Part shown: positions 11,601-24,278 of the stretch, in pieces | Layout: the number at the start of each line of letters is the position of its first letter | How positions within the stretch are numbered: position 1 is the stretch's first letter | Source of the DNA: Octopus bimaculoides | Taxonomy: Eukaryota | Length of the DNA: 58,742 nucleotides | Assembly (NCBI RefSeq): GCF_001194135.2 | Contig: NC_068990.1 | Location: forward strand, 85,691,493-85,750,234 | Direction: 5' to 3' | The notes under the pieces: model-generated | Databases searched by the model: none | Seen by the model: the letters and a program-made list of their open reading frames with translations, nothing else | What the model was told of the DNA's origin: nothing | Position numbers and translations under genes: made by a program

Positions 11601-13012
11601 TATATTCTAAACTTACACATAATAATATTTTTTGAAGGTGGTTTATTTTTTATTCTTTTATACGTTTCAGCCCTAAGGCTGTGGCCATGCTGGAGTACTA
11701 CTAGTTTAAAAGTAAATCGCTGCATATAAATACATTTTAAGAGATGAATAATATATTTTTAAATTCAGAGTTTGGTAACTGTCACACAGATCAATTTAAA
11801 TGGTTTGCTCGGCTGTGAGTCAAAGACAGTTGTGAAGTAATCATTGTGCCAATATGTGATGATCTTTGGTTTTATGTAAGCTACTGTGTGTTGTAAACCG
11901 TTGAGCACTGTAATCTGCAGATTATATTACTTAAGCGACATAGTAATGAGTAACAATGATCGTTATAAAACGCCTTGAAAATTCGAAGTACATGTTTACA
12001 TTATCAGCGTTTTTGTACGCCATTTTGTTAGTTTACTGTGCTTTCATTAACATTCTGAATAATGTCGTGCATTTACAGCCAGAAAAAAATCTCTATTTTT
12101 AAAGTATTTTACGACCTGAAGTAACAAGTTGCTGAATTTCTCTTTAAATAAATTACATAAAATTAACATAATGAAGTTGGTAAATATTTTAATCATATAA
12201 ACATGTAAAGGTGCAGTTTTGTAAATAAATTATTTATAAAGAACGATGTACTAATGTGAGTTAACCGAGGAATAGCAGTCACAATAAATTAGATAAAAAC
12301 AAACCTGACCTAACTAAAGATATTTTATAAATTATCAGACATTACAATATATGATTTTTTTTTTTTAGATAAAAATATATACAGGCATCTTCGTTTGTAT
12401 TAATTATTCTTAAAGCAAACACAGGTGGCTAAGATTTAGTGAATTTTTTAAGGTGAATTCATTGCTTACCACATTATCCACAGACATAAAGTTCAAACTT
12501 CAGAATGTTTGAACTGGTTCACTGATGTTTTTTTCTCTGCGACTGCGTTCAGCATTTATTTCATGTCTTAATGTTTCGTCACTTAGATAAAAGAAGGGTC
12601 GAAAGGGGACAAATGCTGGGCCGCGATTAGAGTATTAACTGGCTTTAATCCAGCTCTGTACACACACACACACACACACATAACGTATGTGCGTGTGTTT
12701 GGGAAATTACGTCTGTGTATGTGGGCTTTTGCGCATGCATATATCTATATTATGTATGTTATACATACATAATGTTGTGCATATTTGAACAAGACACACA
12801 TAAATCTATCACACACACACACACACACACACACATACGCGCGCGCACGCACGCACGCACATAAATGTGTATATATATAACGGAGTGAAAAGTAAACAAG
12901 TTGTTACGTCACAGATTTTGTTCCTCAACGATGTGTGTGTGGATATATATGTATGTAAATATATATATATGCACATGTGTGTGTGTATGTATGTATATAT
13001 ATGTGCGCGTGT

Positions 13013-13086
<74 letters not shown>

Positions 13087-13152
13087 ACATACACATTCAC
13101 TTCTAACTAATACCAATGCACGCTAGCCCCCTCTCTCTTTCTTTCTTTCTCT

Positions 13153-13204
<52 letters not shown>

Positions 13205-13832
13205 GTATATCTACTGTAACTCACCTCCTCTCTATCTAGCAACTATATAAGTATATTGATGTTGATTACATTGAGTGAATAATTCAATTTCAGTGAAAGT
13301 GTTACATTTATTCATGCAGTGAAGTAACAACAACAACAACAACATAAAACAGAATTCCTTATAGGATACACCAATGCCACACCGGCAACAGCAACAGCAA
13401 CAACAACAGAAGCAGAAACAAGACCATTGCAGGTACACCATTACAGTAGCAGAAGGTACACCATTGCAGCTGCAGAAATCAATAAAGCACAGAATTTTCT
13501 CTCTGTTGTACAACACAGATCAAAAGGCGAATATTCGAAAGAAAGGGAGAGAAAAAAAACGCAAGGAGAGCTTCGGAATCTACATTAAAATATGAAGACG
13601 ACGAAGTTATTTCTGTTTTCTATTGTTTTTTTCTTTTTGGTTTTTATTTTGTCATATTTAACAACATCCATATGGTAAGGCAAAGAGCGAGCCACTGTGT
13701 GGACACACTCGGTATCCTAGAAATAACAGCGAACTCTCTCTCTGAAATCATATCTTAACGTCTTGAAATACAAAAAAATAGCAATAATAATACTAATAAT
13801 ACTAATAATACTACTACTACTACTACTACTAC

Positions 13833-13893
<61 letters not shown>

Positions 13894-14025
13894 GAAAAGA
13901 AAACAAAGAAGACATTGTGTTTTTAACTCAAAAGTCTTTGAGATGTTTCTCTGAGATAAAATATTACAGCAATGCAGTCCCACGTTTGTATACGCATTAT
14001 AAATGTTATATATACCGGAAGTAGC

Positions 14026-14242
14026 TCTTTGTAGTATAGGCACAAGGCCAGAAATTTTGAAGACGGAAGTTAATCGATTGCATCGACTCATGTGTTCAAC
14101 TGGTGCTTATTTTATCGACCCTGAAATGACGAAAGACAAAGTCGACCGCGGTTGAATTTGAACTCATAACGTAAACAGCCAGAAGAAATATTGCTAAGCA
14201 TTTTCCCCGACGTGCTAACGATTCCGCCAGCTCGCCGCCTTA
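14026..14242 (-). mobile_element. SINE family B, full length, diverged
   Basis: Reverse complement of the head (CCAGCTCGCCGCCTTA), box B (GAATTTGAACTC), core and tail. Further B fragments at 14264-14363 and 14725-14830. Confidence 0.85.
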
Positions 14243-14857
14243 AGCGCGTATATGAATAATCGTTTCTGTTTTAGGTGCACGGTCTGAAACTTTGAACCCC
14301 AGTGTTCGAACGGTACTTGTTTTATCGACCTTAAAACGATGAAAGGCAAAGTCAATCTCGACGTATATTAATGATAGAACATAGTTGGATGATGAAGTCC
14401 TGGATACATTATATCTGTGTCGTAAATTTAAATACTTTTCATCATTGGTCTGAACAATAACAACAGCAACATCAATGACAGAGATACAGCAAATGACTTG
14501 AATTACTTAATCTAAATAACAACAACAACCTTGACATAGATACAATGAGAATCTTGAGTTACACTTGTTTGACAAATAACTGACTTAAAATAACTGTATT
14601 GAGCTCGAGTCATTGCAAGAAGAAAAAAAAACACGCGTAGTTATTGGCTTAAACATTATTTTGCTATGAAAAAAAAAAAAGAAGTTAATAACTGTCTCTG
14701 ACAAAAAAACAAAGGTAGAAATTCTGAAGGAGTTAGTTAATCGATTTAATCGATTTAATTGATCATAACGTGTGACTAGACTTTATCGATATATTTTATA
14801 GCCTCTGGAGCGATGAAAGACAAAGATGAATAATAACAACAACATCAATAATAATAA

Positions 14858-15073
14858 TCCTTTCTACTATAGGTACAAGGCTTGAAATTTGGTGGAGGGG
14901 GACTAGTCGGTTTTATCAACCCCAGCATTTCACTGGTACTTAATTTATCGATCCCGAAAGAATGAAAGGCAACGTCGACCTCGCTGGAATTTGAACTCAG
15001 AACGTAAGGACTGACGACATACCGCTAAGCATTTCGCCCGGCGTGCTAACAATTCTGCCAGCTCACCGCCTTA
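14858..15073 (-). mobile_element. SINE family B, full length
   Basis: All diagnostic blocks are present. Confidence 0.9.
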
Positions 15074-15090
15074 ACAATAACAACAACAAC

Positions 15091-15183
<93 letters not shown>

Positions 15184-15204
15184 AAGAAGAAGAAGAAGAA
15201 GAAG

Positions 15205-15463
15205 AAGAAATGGAAAAACTTTCAAAATACAAAGACCTGGAAATAGAGATAACTCGAATGTGGAATCTAAAAACAGNNNNNNNNNNTTACAAATATATAT
15301 AACATACAGAAAATTGCACTACTGGGTACTGCACACATTCTACGCAAAACACTTTCAATACAGTAAACAGAAGAGCACCACAGCAAACCACAGCACATAC
15401 CCAAGGCGCACAGAGCTGCGCTCAGTAGTGAAGTGAAAGCACGTTATAAAAATAAAACTACTG
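15205..15463 (+). mobile_element. R4/Dong-like LINE, 5'-truncated 3' end
   Basis: EMEKLSKYKDLEIEITRMWNLKT..NIYNIQKIALLGTAHILRKTLSIQ* plus 3' UTR, nearly identical to 22431-22889. Flanked by (AAT)n/(AAG)n and (AAT)n. Confidence 0.9.
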
Positions 15464-15490
15464 AATAATAATAATAATAATAATGGTTTC

Positions 15491-15702
15491 AAGGTGGCGA
15501 GCTGGCAGAATCGTTAGCACGCCGGGCGAAATGCTTAGCGGTATGTCGTCAGTCCTTACGTTCTGAGTTCAAATTCCAGCGAGGTCGACGTTGCCTTTCA
15601 TCCTTTCGGGGTCGATAAAGTACCAGTTGCGAACTGGGATCAATCTAATCGACTGGCCCACTCTCCAAAAATTTCAGCCTTGTGCCTAGAGAAGAAAAGA
15701 AA
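15491..15702 (+). mobile_element. SINE family B with target-site duplication
   Basis: AATAATGGTTTC at 15479-15490 and 15703-15714 flanks the element. Confidence 0.9.
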
Positions 15703-15709
15703 AATAATG

Positions 15710-15925
15710 GTTTCAAATTATGACACAAAGCCAGAAATTTCGGGAGAAGCGGTGTATCGATTACATCGACCCCAGTGCTCAACTGTTACTTATTTTATCG
15801 ACTCTGAAAGGACAAAAGGCAAAGTCGACCTCGGCGGATTTTTGAATTCAGATCATAAGGACGGACGAAATACCGCTAAGCATTTTGTCCGGCGTGGTAA
15901 TGATTCTGCCGGCACCCCACCTTAA
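15710..15925 (-). mobile_element. SINE family B, older copy
   Basis: Reverse complement of the family B blocks. Confidence 0.85.
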
Positions 15926-16184
15926 ACAATAACAGTAATAATGAATCTTTTCAGTTGCTATCACAGATTTCGTATTTTTTTCAATTTTGTCCCTATTGTT
16001 TCCAAATTTGGTTTTACCGATTAAGTTTTGTACGCCAATTATGAAAATGAAATTCATTTTTACCGTTAATTAATTGATAAATAAAAAAAGTTAATAGATT
16101 TTAAAATCTGCAAAGTTTTGTTAATTTTAGCCGATCGAAAACCACCATTATACAACATGACCGTAAATTTCACATTGGTGTCTG

Positions 16185-16352
16185 TTCGTAGGTGTGGCTG
16201 TGTGGTAAGAAGCTTGCCTCCCAAGCACATGGCTCCAGGCTCAGTCCCACTGCGTGGCACCTTGGATAAGTACCTTCTACTACAGCCCCGTGCCAACCAA
16301 AGCCTTGTGAGTGGATTTTATAGACGGAAACTGAAAGAAACCTCACGTATAT

Positions 16353-16390
<38 letters not shown>

Positions 16391-16415
16391 GCCCCTATCA
16401 CCGCTTGATAACCGA
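16185..16415 (+). mobile_element. SINE A 5' part
   Basis: GGTGTGGCTGTGTGGTAAGAAG...GGAAACTGAAAGAA, (TG)n, ACCGCTTGATAACCGAT. Confidence 0.85.
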
Positions 16416-16983
16416 TCGTTTGGTAATGTTAAGTGAGATAAACAGGCTTCCTATCCAGGAGAATATATATCTCACACCATGAAACCAGAGCTAAGCACTC
16501 GCCTTGAAAAACGTCCTTGATATTTCTACACTGTCACAGTTCACCTGAGTTATCATGAAGCAATAGGTACCAGATACCATATCAATATTATCTATGAAAG
16601 ATCTGCAACATCTCCAAGGGTGGGTGGAGCTTTATCGCTCATCCGTTTAATATCGCAGAGGCTTAACGAGTATTAACACTATTTTTGTCTGGTCTGGTTA
16701 AGTTATTTAAATTATTTATTTATTTGACATTTTAACCTAACCTAGACATCTCAACCATCTGCAAATGGGGAGGCAGGGGAAGAGAAGGGGGAGGCAGGGG
16801 AAGAGAAGGGGGAGGAGAGTTAAAAGAACCCTGCCAGGCTTCAGTGTGCACCGGGTTACATTTTGTGAGAATTTAGGTAAATGAGACATGAGAACACGGT
16901 CAGCATATACTCCACTATTCTCCTACTGACAATTCATTCAATAGTTGTACTGTTTATAAAAAAATAATTAGAACTCTCTCCTC

Positions 16984-17042
<59 letters not shown>

Positions 17043-17296
17043 GTAGTAGTGTGCCATATAATATGTTACCTAATGTTACTCGGTTGGTCTTACATGTTAC
17101 ATATTATTTCAATTATGAGGAATTGAAGTCGTTTCATTGTGCAGCTTCGCATTTTGTTTTTTGTGCTTGAAATTACTTTCCTGGCGTATTTGAGGAAATA
17201 ATATGATATATGACAAATACACACACACACCCACGTGTGTATGTGTGTGTGGATATATGTGTGCATGTATATTTATATGCATATACGTATACACTC

Positions 17297-17327
<31 letters not shown>

Positions 17328-17345
17328 AATATATAATCATAAATA

Positions 17346-17520
17346 TACAGGGATTAGCATGAATTGCTTCACCAAAATACTGAAAATTTAGAAATAGCAG
17401 TCAAAGAACTACTGATTCTAAACTACAAATTTTTTCTCTAACGGATGGCGATATTTATGGCACACACAGAACACAAAATTGTTAATTATTAATTTTATTA
17501 CTAATTGGCAATTCCCTGCC
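17346..17520. mobile_element. Candidate Tc1/mariner-type MITE
   Basis: Begins TA|CAGGGATT and ends AATTCCCTG (imperfect TIR) around a non-coding AT-rich interior. Confidence 0.35.
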
Positions 17521-17537
17521 CTATATCTATCTATCTA

Positions 17538-17589
<52 letters not shown>

Positions 17590-18025
17590 CATACATACAT
17601 ACATATATACATACATATACATATACATACATACCATGCATGCACACAAGTAGAGGTGTGCACACACACGTACACATACACACACACACACACATGGTTG
17701 AAGGTGCAGTAGGGGCAATAGGTGCATTGGCCTAAAGCACTTTGGTGCAAAACACATATACCCACTACTGCCGCCATTACTACCACTGCTGCTGCTACTA
17801 CTACTACTTCTATTACTACTACTACTACCATCATTACCACCACCACTACTACTATCAGAGTCACCACCACTATGACTTTCACTACTGCCACCACCACCAC
17901 CACGACCGCTAACATCATCACAATCGTCTCAGCTACCAGCCACCCTCATGTGAGTGCATGCGTGCGTGTGTGTGTGTGTGTAACATAAAAATACATATAC
18001 ATATTATGCAAATTACCCGAGACCA

Positions 18026-18252
18026 AAACGGTAAATTAGCAGAACCGTTACGGTGTTGGGTAGAATGCCTCACAATATTTTTCTCCGATTCTGTGTTGTG
18101 AGTTCAAAGCGTACCGAAGTCAACTGCGCCTTTTCATCCATTCAGGGTCGATAAGTAAAAGTGGTGAACTGACAGAATTGTTGGATACAGAGTTGAACAA
18201 GATATGCCTTGCAGTATTTGCTCTGAAGCCGTGCATTCTGATCTCAAATCCT
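18026..18252 (+). mobile_element. Two highly decayed SINE B heads
   Basis: GAGTTCAAA box B and CCTTTTCATCCATTCAGGGTCGATAAGTA core; second head GGTGAACTGACAGAATTGTT. Confidence 0.55.
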
Positions 18253-19358
18253 ATCTCATCTCACCGGAACCAAAAAAGAACAAAATAATCGGTAACACTT
18301 TTATCAGAAGTTGAGAATAACAGATAAAATCAACAATGCAAAATCCAATAGGAATATAATTTTTTTGGTTTGATCGGTTCCACTGCCATCATACATACGT
18401 ACGCTCCTCTCTCTCTCTCTCTCTCTCNNNNNNNNNNNNNNNNNNNNNNNNNNNNNNNNNNNNNNNNNNNNNNNNNNNNNNNNNNNNNNNNNNNNNNNNN
18501 NNNNNNNNNNNNNNNNNNNNNNNNNNNNNNNNNNNNNNNNNNNNNNNNNNNNNNNNNNNNNNNNNNNNNNNNNNNNNNNNNNNNNNNNNNNNNNNNNNNN
18601 NNNNNNNNNNNNNNNNNNNNNNNNNNNNNNNNNNNNNNNNNNNNNNNNNNNNNNNNNNNNNNNNNNNNNNNNNNNNNNNNNNNNNNNNNNNNNNNNNNNN
18701 NNNNNNNNNNNNNNNNNNNNNNNNNNNNNNNNNNNNNNNNNNNNNNNNNNNNNNNNNNNNNNNNNNNNNNNNNNNNNNNNNNNNNNNNNNNNNNNNNNNN
18801 NNNNNNNNNNNNNNNNNNNNNNNNNNNNNNNNNNNNNNNNNNNNNNNNNNNNNNNNNNNNNNNNNNNNNNNNNNNNNNNNNNNNNNNNNNNNNNNNNNNN
18901 NNNNNNNNNNNNNNNNNNNNNNNNNNNNNNNNNNNNNNNNNNNNNNNNNNNNNNNNNNNNNNNNNNNNNNNNNNNNNNNNNNNNNNNNNNNNNNNNNNNN
19001 NNNNNNNNNNNNNNNNNNNNNNNNNNNNNNNNNNNNNNNNNNNNNNNNNNNNNNNNNNNNNNNNNNNNNNNNNNNNNNNNNNNNNNNNNNNNNNNNNNNN
19101 NNNNNNNNNNNNNNNNNNNNNNNNNNNNNNNNNNNNNNNNNNNNNNNNNNNNNNNNNNNNNNNNNNNNNNNNNNNNNNNNNNNNNNNNNNNNNNNNNNNN
19201 NNNNNNNNNNNNNNNNNNNNNNNNNNNNNNNNNNNNNNNNNNNNNNNNNNNNNNNNNNNNNNNNNNNNNNNNNNNNNNNNNNNNNNNNNNNNNNNNNNNN
19301 NNNNNNNNNNNNNNNNNNNNNNNNNNNNNNNNNNNNNNNNNNNNNNNNNNNNNNNNNN

Positions 19359-19396
<38 letters not shown>

Positions 19397-19689
19397 AGAG
19401 AGAGAGAGCGATATATATGTAAAGTTAAATACACATATATATGTATGTATGTCTATCTCTATATATACATACATAAATGGCAAAGAGAGAGATAGAGAGA
19501 GAGGGGGAGAGAGAGAGAGAGAGATAAAGGGAAAAGATAAACTATTTTCAAGATATTTACTGTCGTTAATCTATAATTAAAAATCAAACGGGGGCGAAAT
19601 TTAACAGAAACAGCAAAGCATCTAAATTTCATTTAGTATTTTTCACTCTAGATCTTCGACCATTCCAGACGGGTTCGATCAAATTTCTC

Positions 19690-20330
19690 ATATAACACCG
19701 CCTTCGTTTATCACGAAAGTGGTTCCGGGGAAAATGCCCACAAACAGTGATAAATCACTGATATCTCCACACATTTTGTAAATGGAATGAACGGTAGATT
19801 CATCGACACCAAACTCGCGGCCCACAATAGCGAAGCTTCCATCACGTATTTTCTTAGTAATCTCTATCTTTTCCTTGAAAGAATACACTCGTCTGCGTCG
19901 TTTGTTAAAAGCAGACGACTTCGTATTTCTCTCTGTTCACGGATCCCATGTCGATGAATGCGTGTACGTAAATCCGTATTAAAAAAAAATACACATCCTT
20001 GTTGTATGGTTCTGTAAACACAAGCGATAGTCAGTGCATTCTAAGTGGCTGAGCATTGCTGGTGGCCGTTGGAGCATGCTTTTGCGGTACAAGCAGAATC
20101 TTCCACAGATCACCGACCCGTGATAAGTGAAACATGGTACGCAATCGAGCGTACCGTGTTATCCCAGATCAGTGATAAATGAATCAGTGATTAAAAAAAT
20201 GGCTAGAATATATAAAAATGATATCGTTGTTTAACATGAAACACTTTCGAGGGAAATAAGAAGAACGTGAGATAACAAACGTGCATTACGTTAAGATTAA
20301 GAAAATCAGTGATACGTGACATAACCTGTA
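19690..20330 (-). mobile_element. pogo/Tigger-like DNA transposon relic with N-terminal HTH (CENP-B/psq type) fragment
   Basis: 19775-19903 translates KRRRRVYSFKEKIEITKKIRDGSFAIVGREFGVDESTVHSIYK. Minus-strand end TA|CAGGTT at 20330-20323. Repeated CAGTGATAA subterminal motifs. Confidence 0.65.
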
Positions 20331-20972
20331 TTTGTTAAAGTGGGTCTCTCTGAATCAGACAACACAGAAAATTCGGTTGTGATTCTCGGTCACCAAACAT
20401 TACTATGTCATTTGTAAATATGAAATTATATCAGTGGATGTGATTAATAATTTTATTAGTGACTCGTCAGATTTCTCAAAGGATTCGTGGTGGTGGTGGT
20501 GGTGGTGGTGGNNNNNNNNNNNNNNNNNNNNNNNNNNNNNNNNNNNNNNNNNNNNNNNNNNNNNNNNNNNNNNNNNNNNNNNNNNNNNNNNNNNNNNNNN
20601 NNNNNNNNNNNNNNNNNNNNNNNNNNNNNNNNNNNNNNNNNNNNNNNNNNNNNNNNNNNNNNNNNNNNNNNNNNNNNNNNNNNNNNNNNNNNNNNNNNNN
20701 NNNNNNNNNNNNNNNNNNNNNNNNNNNNNNNNNNNNNNNNNNNNNNNNNNNNNNNNNNNNNNNNNNNNNNNNNNNNNNNNNNNNNNNNNNNNNNNNNNNN
20801 NNNNNNNNNNNNNNNNNNNNNNNNNNNNNNNNNNNNNNNNNNNNNNNNNNNNNNNNNNNNNNNNNNNNNNNNNNNNNNNNNNNNNNNNNNNNNNNNNNNN
20901 NNNNNNNNNNNNNNNNNNNNNNNNNNNNNNNNNNNNNNNNNNNNNNNNNNNNNNNNNNNNNNNNNNNNNNNN

Positions 20973-21034
<62 letters not shown>

Positions 21035-21639
21035 ATGTATGTATGTATGCATGTGTGTGTGTGTGTGTGTATATATATAGGTATATATGAAAATGTGTGA
21101 TGTATGCATATATAACTGTATGTATGTATGTTACGTACGACGAGCTTCCGCACAGTTTCTATCAATCAAATTCCATTAAGTATTGTTGCTCAACCCGAAG
21201 TACTGACAAATCTCAAGTGTCCGCCAGAACGATCGAACCAGAAGCCAGGTAGTCGCAAAGACCAACTTCCTACGCAGACAGGCGTGCCTCTTAATAATAG
21301 TTAATAATATGACTGCTTTTAGAACTTAACGAATAATATAATTCATTGTTATATTAGCAGTCATGTGAGAATATTTCTTTGTGTGTCTTAGTTAAAAAAC
21401 AGAACCTGACAAGAAAGGGAAATGAGGAAGAAAGAGAGAGAGGAGCTGACCTATATACATACTTCCTCTTTGTTTGCCGCTGTAGCAGTGGCCTCTGCTC
21501 CTCCGTTCGACTGATCTGGTACCATCTCCACTCAGATCAACCTCAGTTATCTCCTCTTTCCTTCGCTCATATTGTTCCCCCACCACAGACTTCATATTAG
21601 CTACTTTATCCAATCCAAATTCGTCTATGGCTCTCATGG

Positions 21640-22175
21640 CTTCTGATCTTAATTGATTGTAAGTATTATCATGTATATTGTTTTGTCTTGGTATAAAAAA
21701 AGATGGGCTACAGCAAATATTCTGCTTAATACCATAGATTTGGTTGTCACTTGTTTGACCTTAATCAGTTGAGCATGTTCCTTGGGGATTGACGATATGT
21801 GCATCTCTGATCACGAGTAGAAACAGTGGGGGAACATTATAGCCATGTGTTGAAAGGAATTCTTTGGAGTTTGAATAATTCACCTCTAGAAATATGGATG
21901 TTTCGTTCATCATCCTTAAACAAGTCTTATTCAGGGACCTTTTGAGCTGAATAGGCAACCCAACCTGAAGAAAACTCTAAGCGGGCTCCACCTGCAAGGT
22001 CATGCACTGTTTATCTTGATAGGCAGTCACAACATATGGTTGTAATGCATGTACCTGGTGTACCCTTATCAGACGGGTAGTCATGGTGGGTATACTGGGC
22101 TTCGTATATTTGTACTACAGTGTCACTCTGATGGCATGCATTGCTCTCTCGCTCAGAGATGATGATGACGATAAT
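21640..22175 (+). mobile_element. 3' portion of an interspersed retroelement ending in a (GAT)n tail
   Basis: Complex non-coding segment ending CTCTCTCGCTCA-(GAT)n. Assignment as an abundant octopus retroelement 3' UTR is from recollection only. Confidence 0.4.
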
Positions 22176-22182
22176 GATGACG

Positions 22183-22343
22183 ATGGGCTTCTTTCAGTTT
22201 CCGTTTACCAAAACCACTCACAAGGCTTTGGTCGACCCGAGGCTATAGTAGAAGACACTTGCCCAAGGTGCCACGCAGTGGGACTGATCCCAGACCAAGT
22301 GGCTGGTAAGCAAGCTACTTACCACACGGCCACTCCTGCGCCT
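22183..22343 (-). mobile_element. SINE A 5' half
   Basis: GACGATGGGCTTCTTTCAGTTTCCG...CACACGGCCACTCCTGCGCCT. Confidence 0.9.
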
Positions 22344-22430
22344 ATCATTATCATTATTATTATCATCATCATTATTAATATTATTATCATCATTATCATC
22401 ATCATTATTATTATTATTATTATTATTATT

Positions 22431-22888
22431 CAGTAGTTTTATTTTTATAACGTGCTTTCACTTCACTACCGAGCGCAGCTCTGTGCGCCTTGGGTATGTG
22501 CTGTGGTTTGCTGTGGTGCTCTTATGTTTACTGTATTGAAAGTGTTTTGCGTAGGATGTGTGCAGTACCCAGTAGTGCAATTTTCTGTATGTTATATATA
22601 TTTGTAAGTCCTGCTATTTTTGTTATGTATTTGTCTGAATATTTTTTTATTATACCTAAGGCACCTACTATGATAGGAATTGTTTCTGTTTTTAGATTCC
22701 ACATTCGAGTTATCTCTATTTCCAGGTCTTTGTATTTTGAAAGTTTTTCCATTTCTTTTAGAGAAAAGTTGTCATCTGCTGGTATTGATACATCAATTAG
22801 AAAGCATTTTTTTTCTTCATGATCTTTGACAACTATATCTGGTCTATTTGCCTTAATTTCTCTATCTGTGTGTATTGGCATATCCCAG

Positions 22889-22889
<1 letters not shown>
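22431..22889 (-). mobile_element. R4/Dong-like LINE, 5'-truncated; restriction-like endonuclease C-terminus and 3' UTR
   Basis: WDMPIHTDREIKANRPDIVVKDHEEKKCFLIDVSIP..EKLSKYKDL (PD..D and KY motifs of the RLE), uninterrupted to the stop. (ATT)n on both sides. Confidence 0.9.
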
Positions 22890-22920
<31 letters not shown>

Positions 22921-23406
22921 TATTGTTATCGCTAAATTTTGCGACCGACCGACATTTGTTGTGTTTGGACAAGTAAGTGTGACATACTTCGCCCACCCAC
23001 TTGAAGTTTTCAGTTCAACAACAATTTCTCACATAATTACGAAGTCGACTTGGTCCGTCATCTGACATCATTTTCGTTATTCAGCGACACATGTACATCA
23101 CCGTAGGATGCGTGCATACATTAATTATCGCTTTCTATATGTCTCAGACACGAAGACACACACACATACATACATACATACATACATACATACATACATA
23201 CATACGTGGATTATTTCATGAAACTACAAAAGTCATTCAAAAATATGAGTGTCGTGCCAGAGCGATTGTGAAAGAGAATAAAATTTGAAAATCTCATATA
23301 CTTCTATATAAAAAGAAAAATCCGTTTCTCCTAGAAGCGTTAAAATGTCACGTGACAAACGTATACAATTAATACCTGTGAAATAAACTCATAAATACTT
23401 ACAAAA

Positions 23407-23447
<41 letters not shown>

Positions 23448-24239
23448 GAACACAGCACTATACATGTGTGCGTATACGTATGTATATATGTATGTATGTA
23501 TATATGCATGTATGTGTGCATATATATGAATATGTGTGAGTATATNNNNNNNNNNNNNNNNNNNNNNNNNNNNNNNNNNNNNNNNNNNNNNNNNNNNNNN
23601 NNNNNNNNNNNNNNNNNNNNNNNNNNNNNNNNNNNNNNNNNNNNNNNNNNNNNNNNNNNNNNNNNNNNNNNNNNNNNNNNNNNNNNNNNNNNNNNNNNNN
23701 NNNNNNNNNNNNNNNNNNNNNNNNNNNNNNNNNNNNNNNNNNNNNNNNNNNNNNNNNNNNNNNNNNNNNNNNNNNNNNNNNNNNNNNNNNNNNNNNNNNN
23801 NNNNNNNNNNNNNNNNNNNNNNNNNNNNNNNNNNNNNNNNNNNNNNNNNNNNNNNNNNNNNNNNNNNNNNNNNNNNNNNNNNNNNNNNNNNNNNNNNNNN
23901 NNNNNNNNNNNNNNNNNNNNNNNNNNNNNNNNNNNNNNNNNNNNNNNNNNNNNNNNNNNNNNNNNNNNNNNNNNNNNNNNNNNNNNNNNNNNNNNNNNNN
24001 NNNNNNNNNNNNNNNNNNNNNNNNNNNNNNNNNNNNNNNNNNNNNNNNNNNNNNNNNNNNNNNNNNNNNNNNNNNNNNNNNNNNNNNNNNNNNNNNNNNN
24101 NNNNNNNNNNNNNNNNNNNNNNNNNNNNNNNNNNNNNNNNNNNNNNNNNNNNNNNNNNNNNNNNNNNNNNNNNNNNNNNNNNNNNNNNNNNNNNNNNNNN
24201 NNNNNNNNNNNNNNNNNNNNNNNNNNNNNNNNNNNNNNN

Positions 24240-24278
<39 letters not shown>

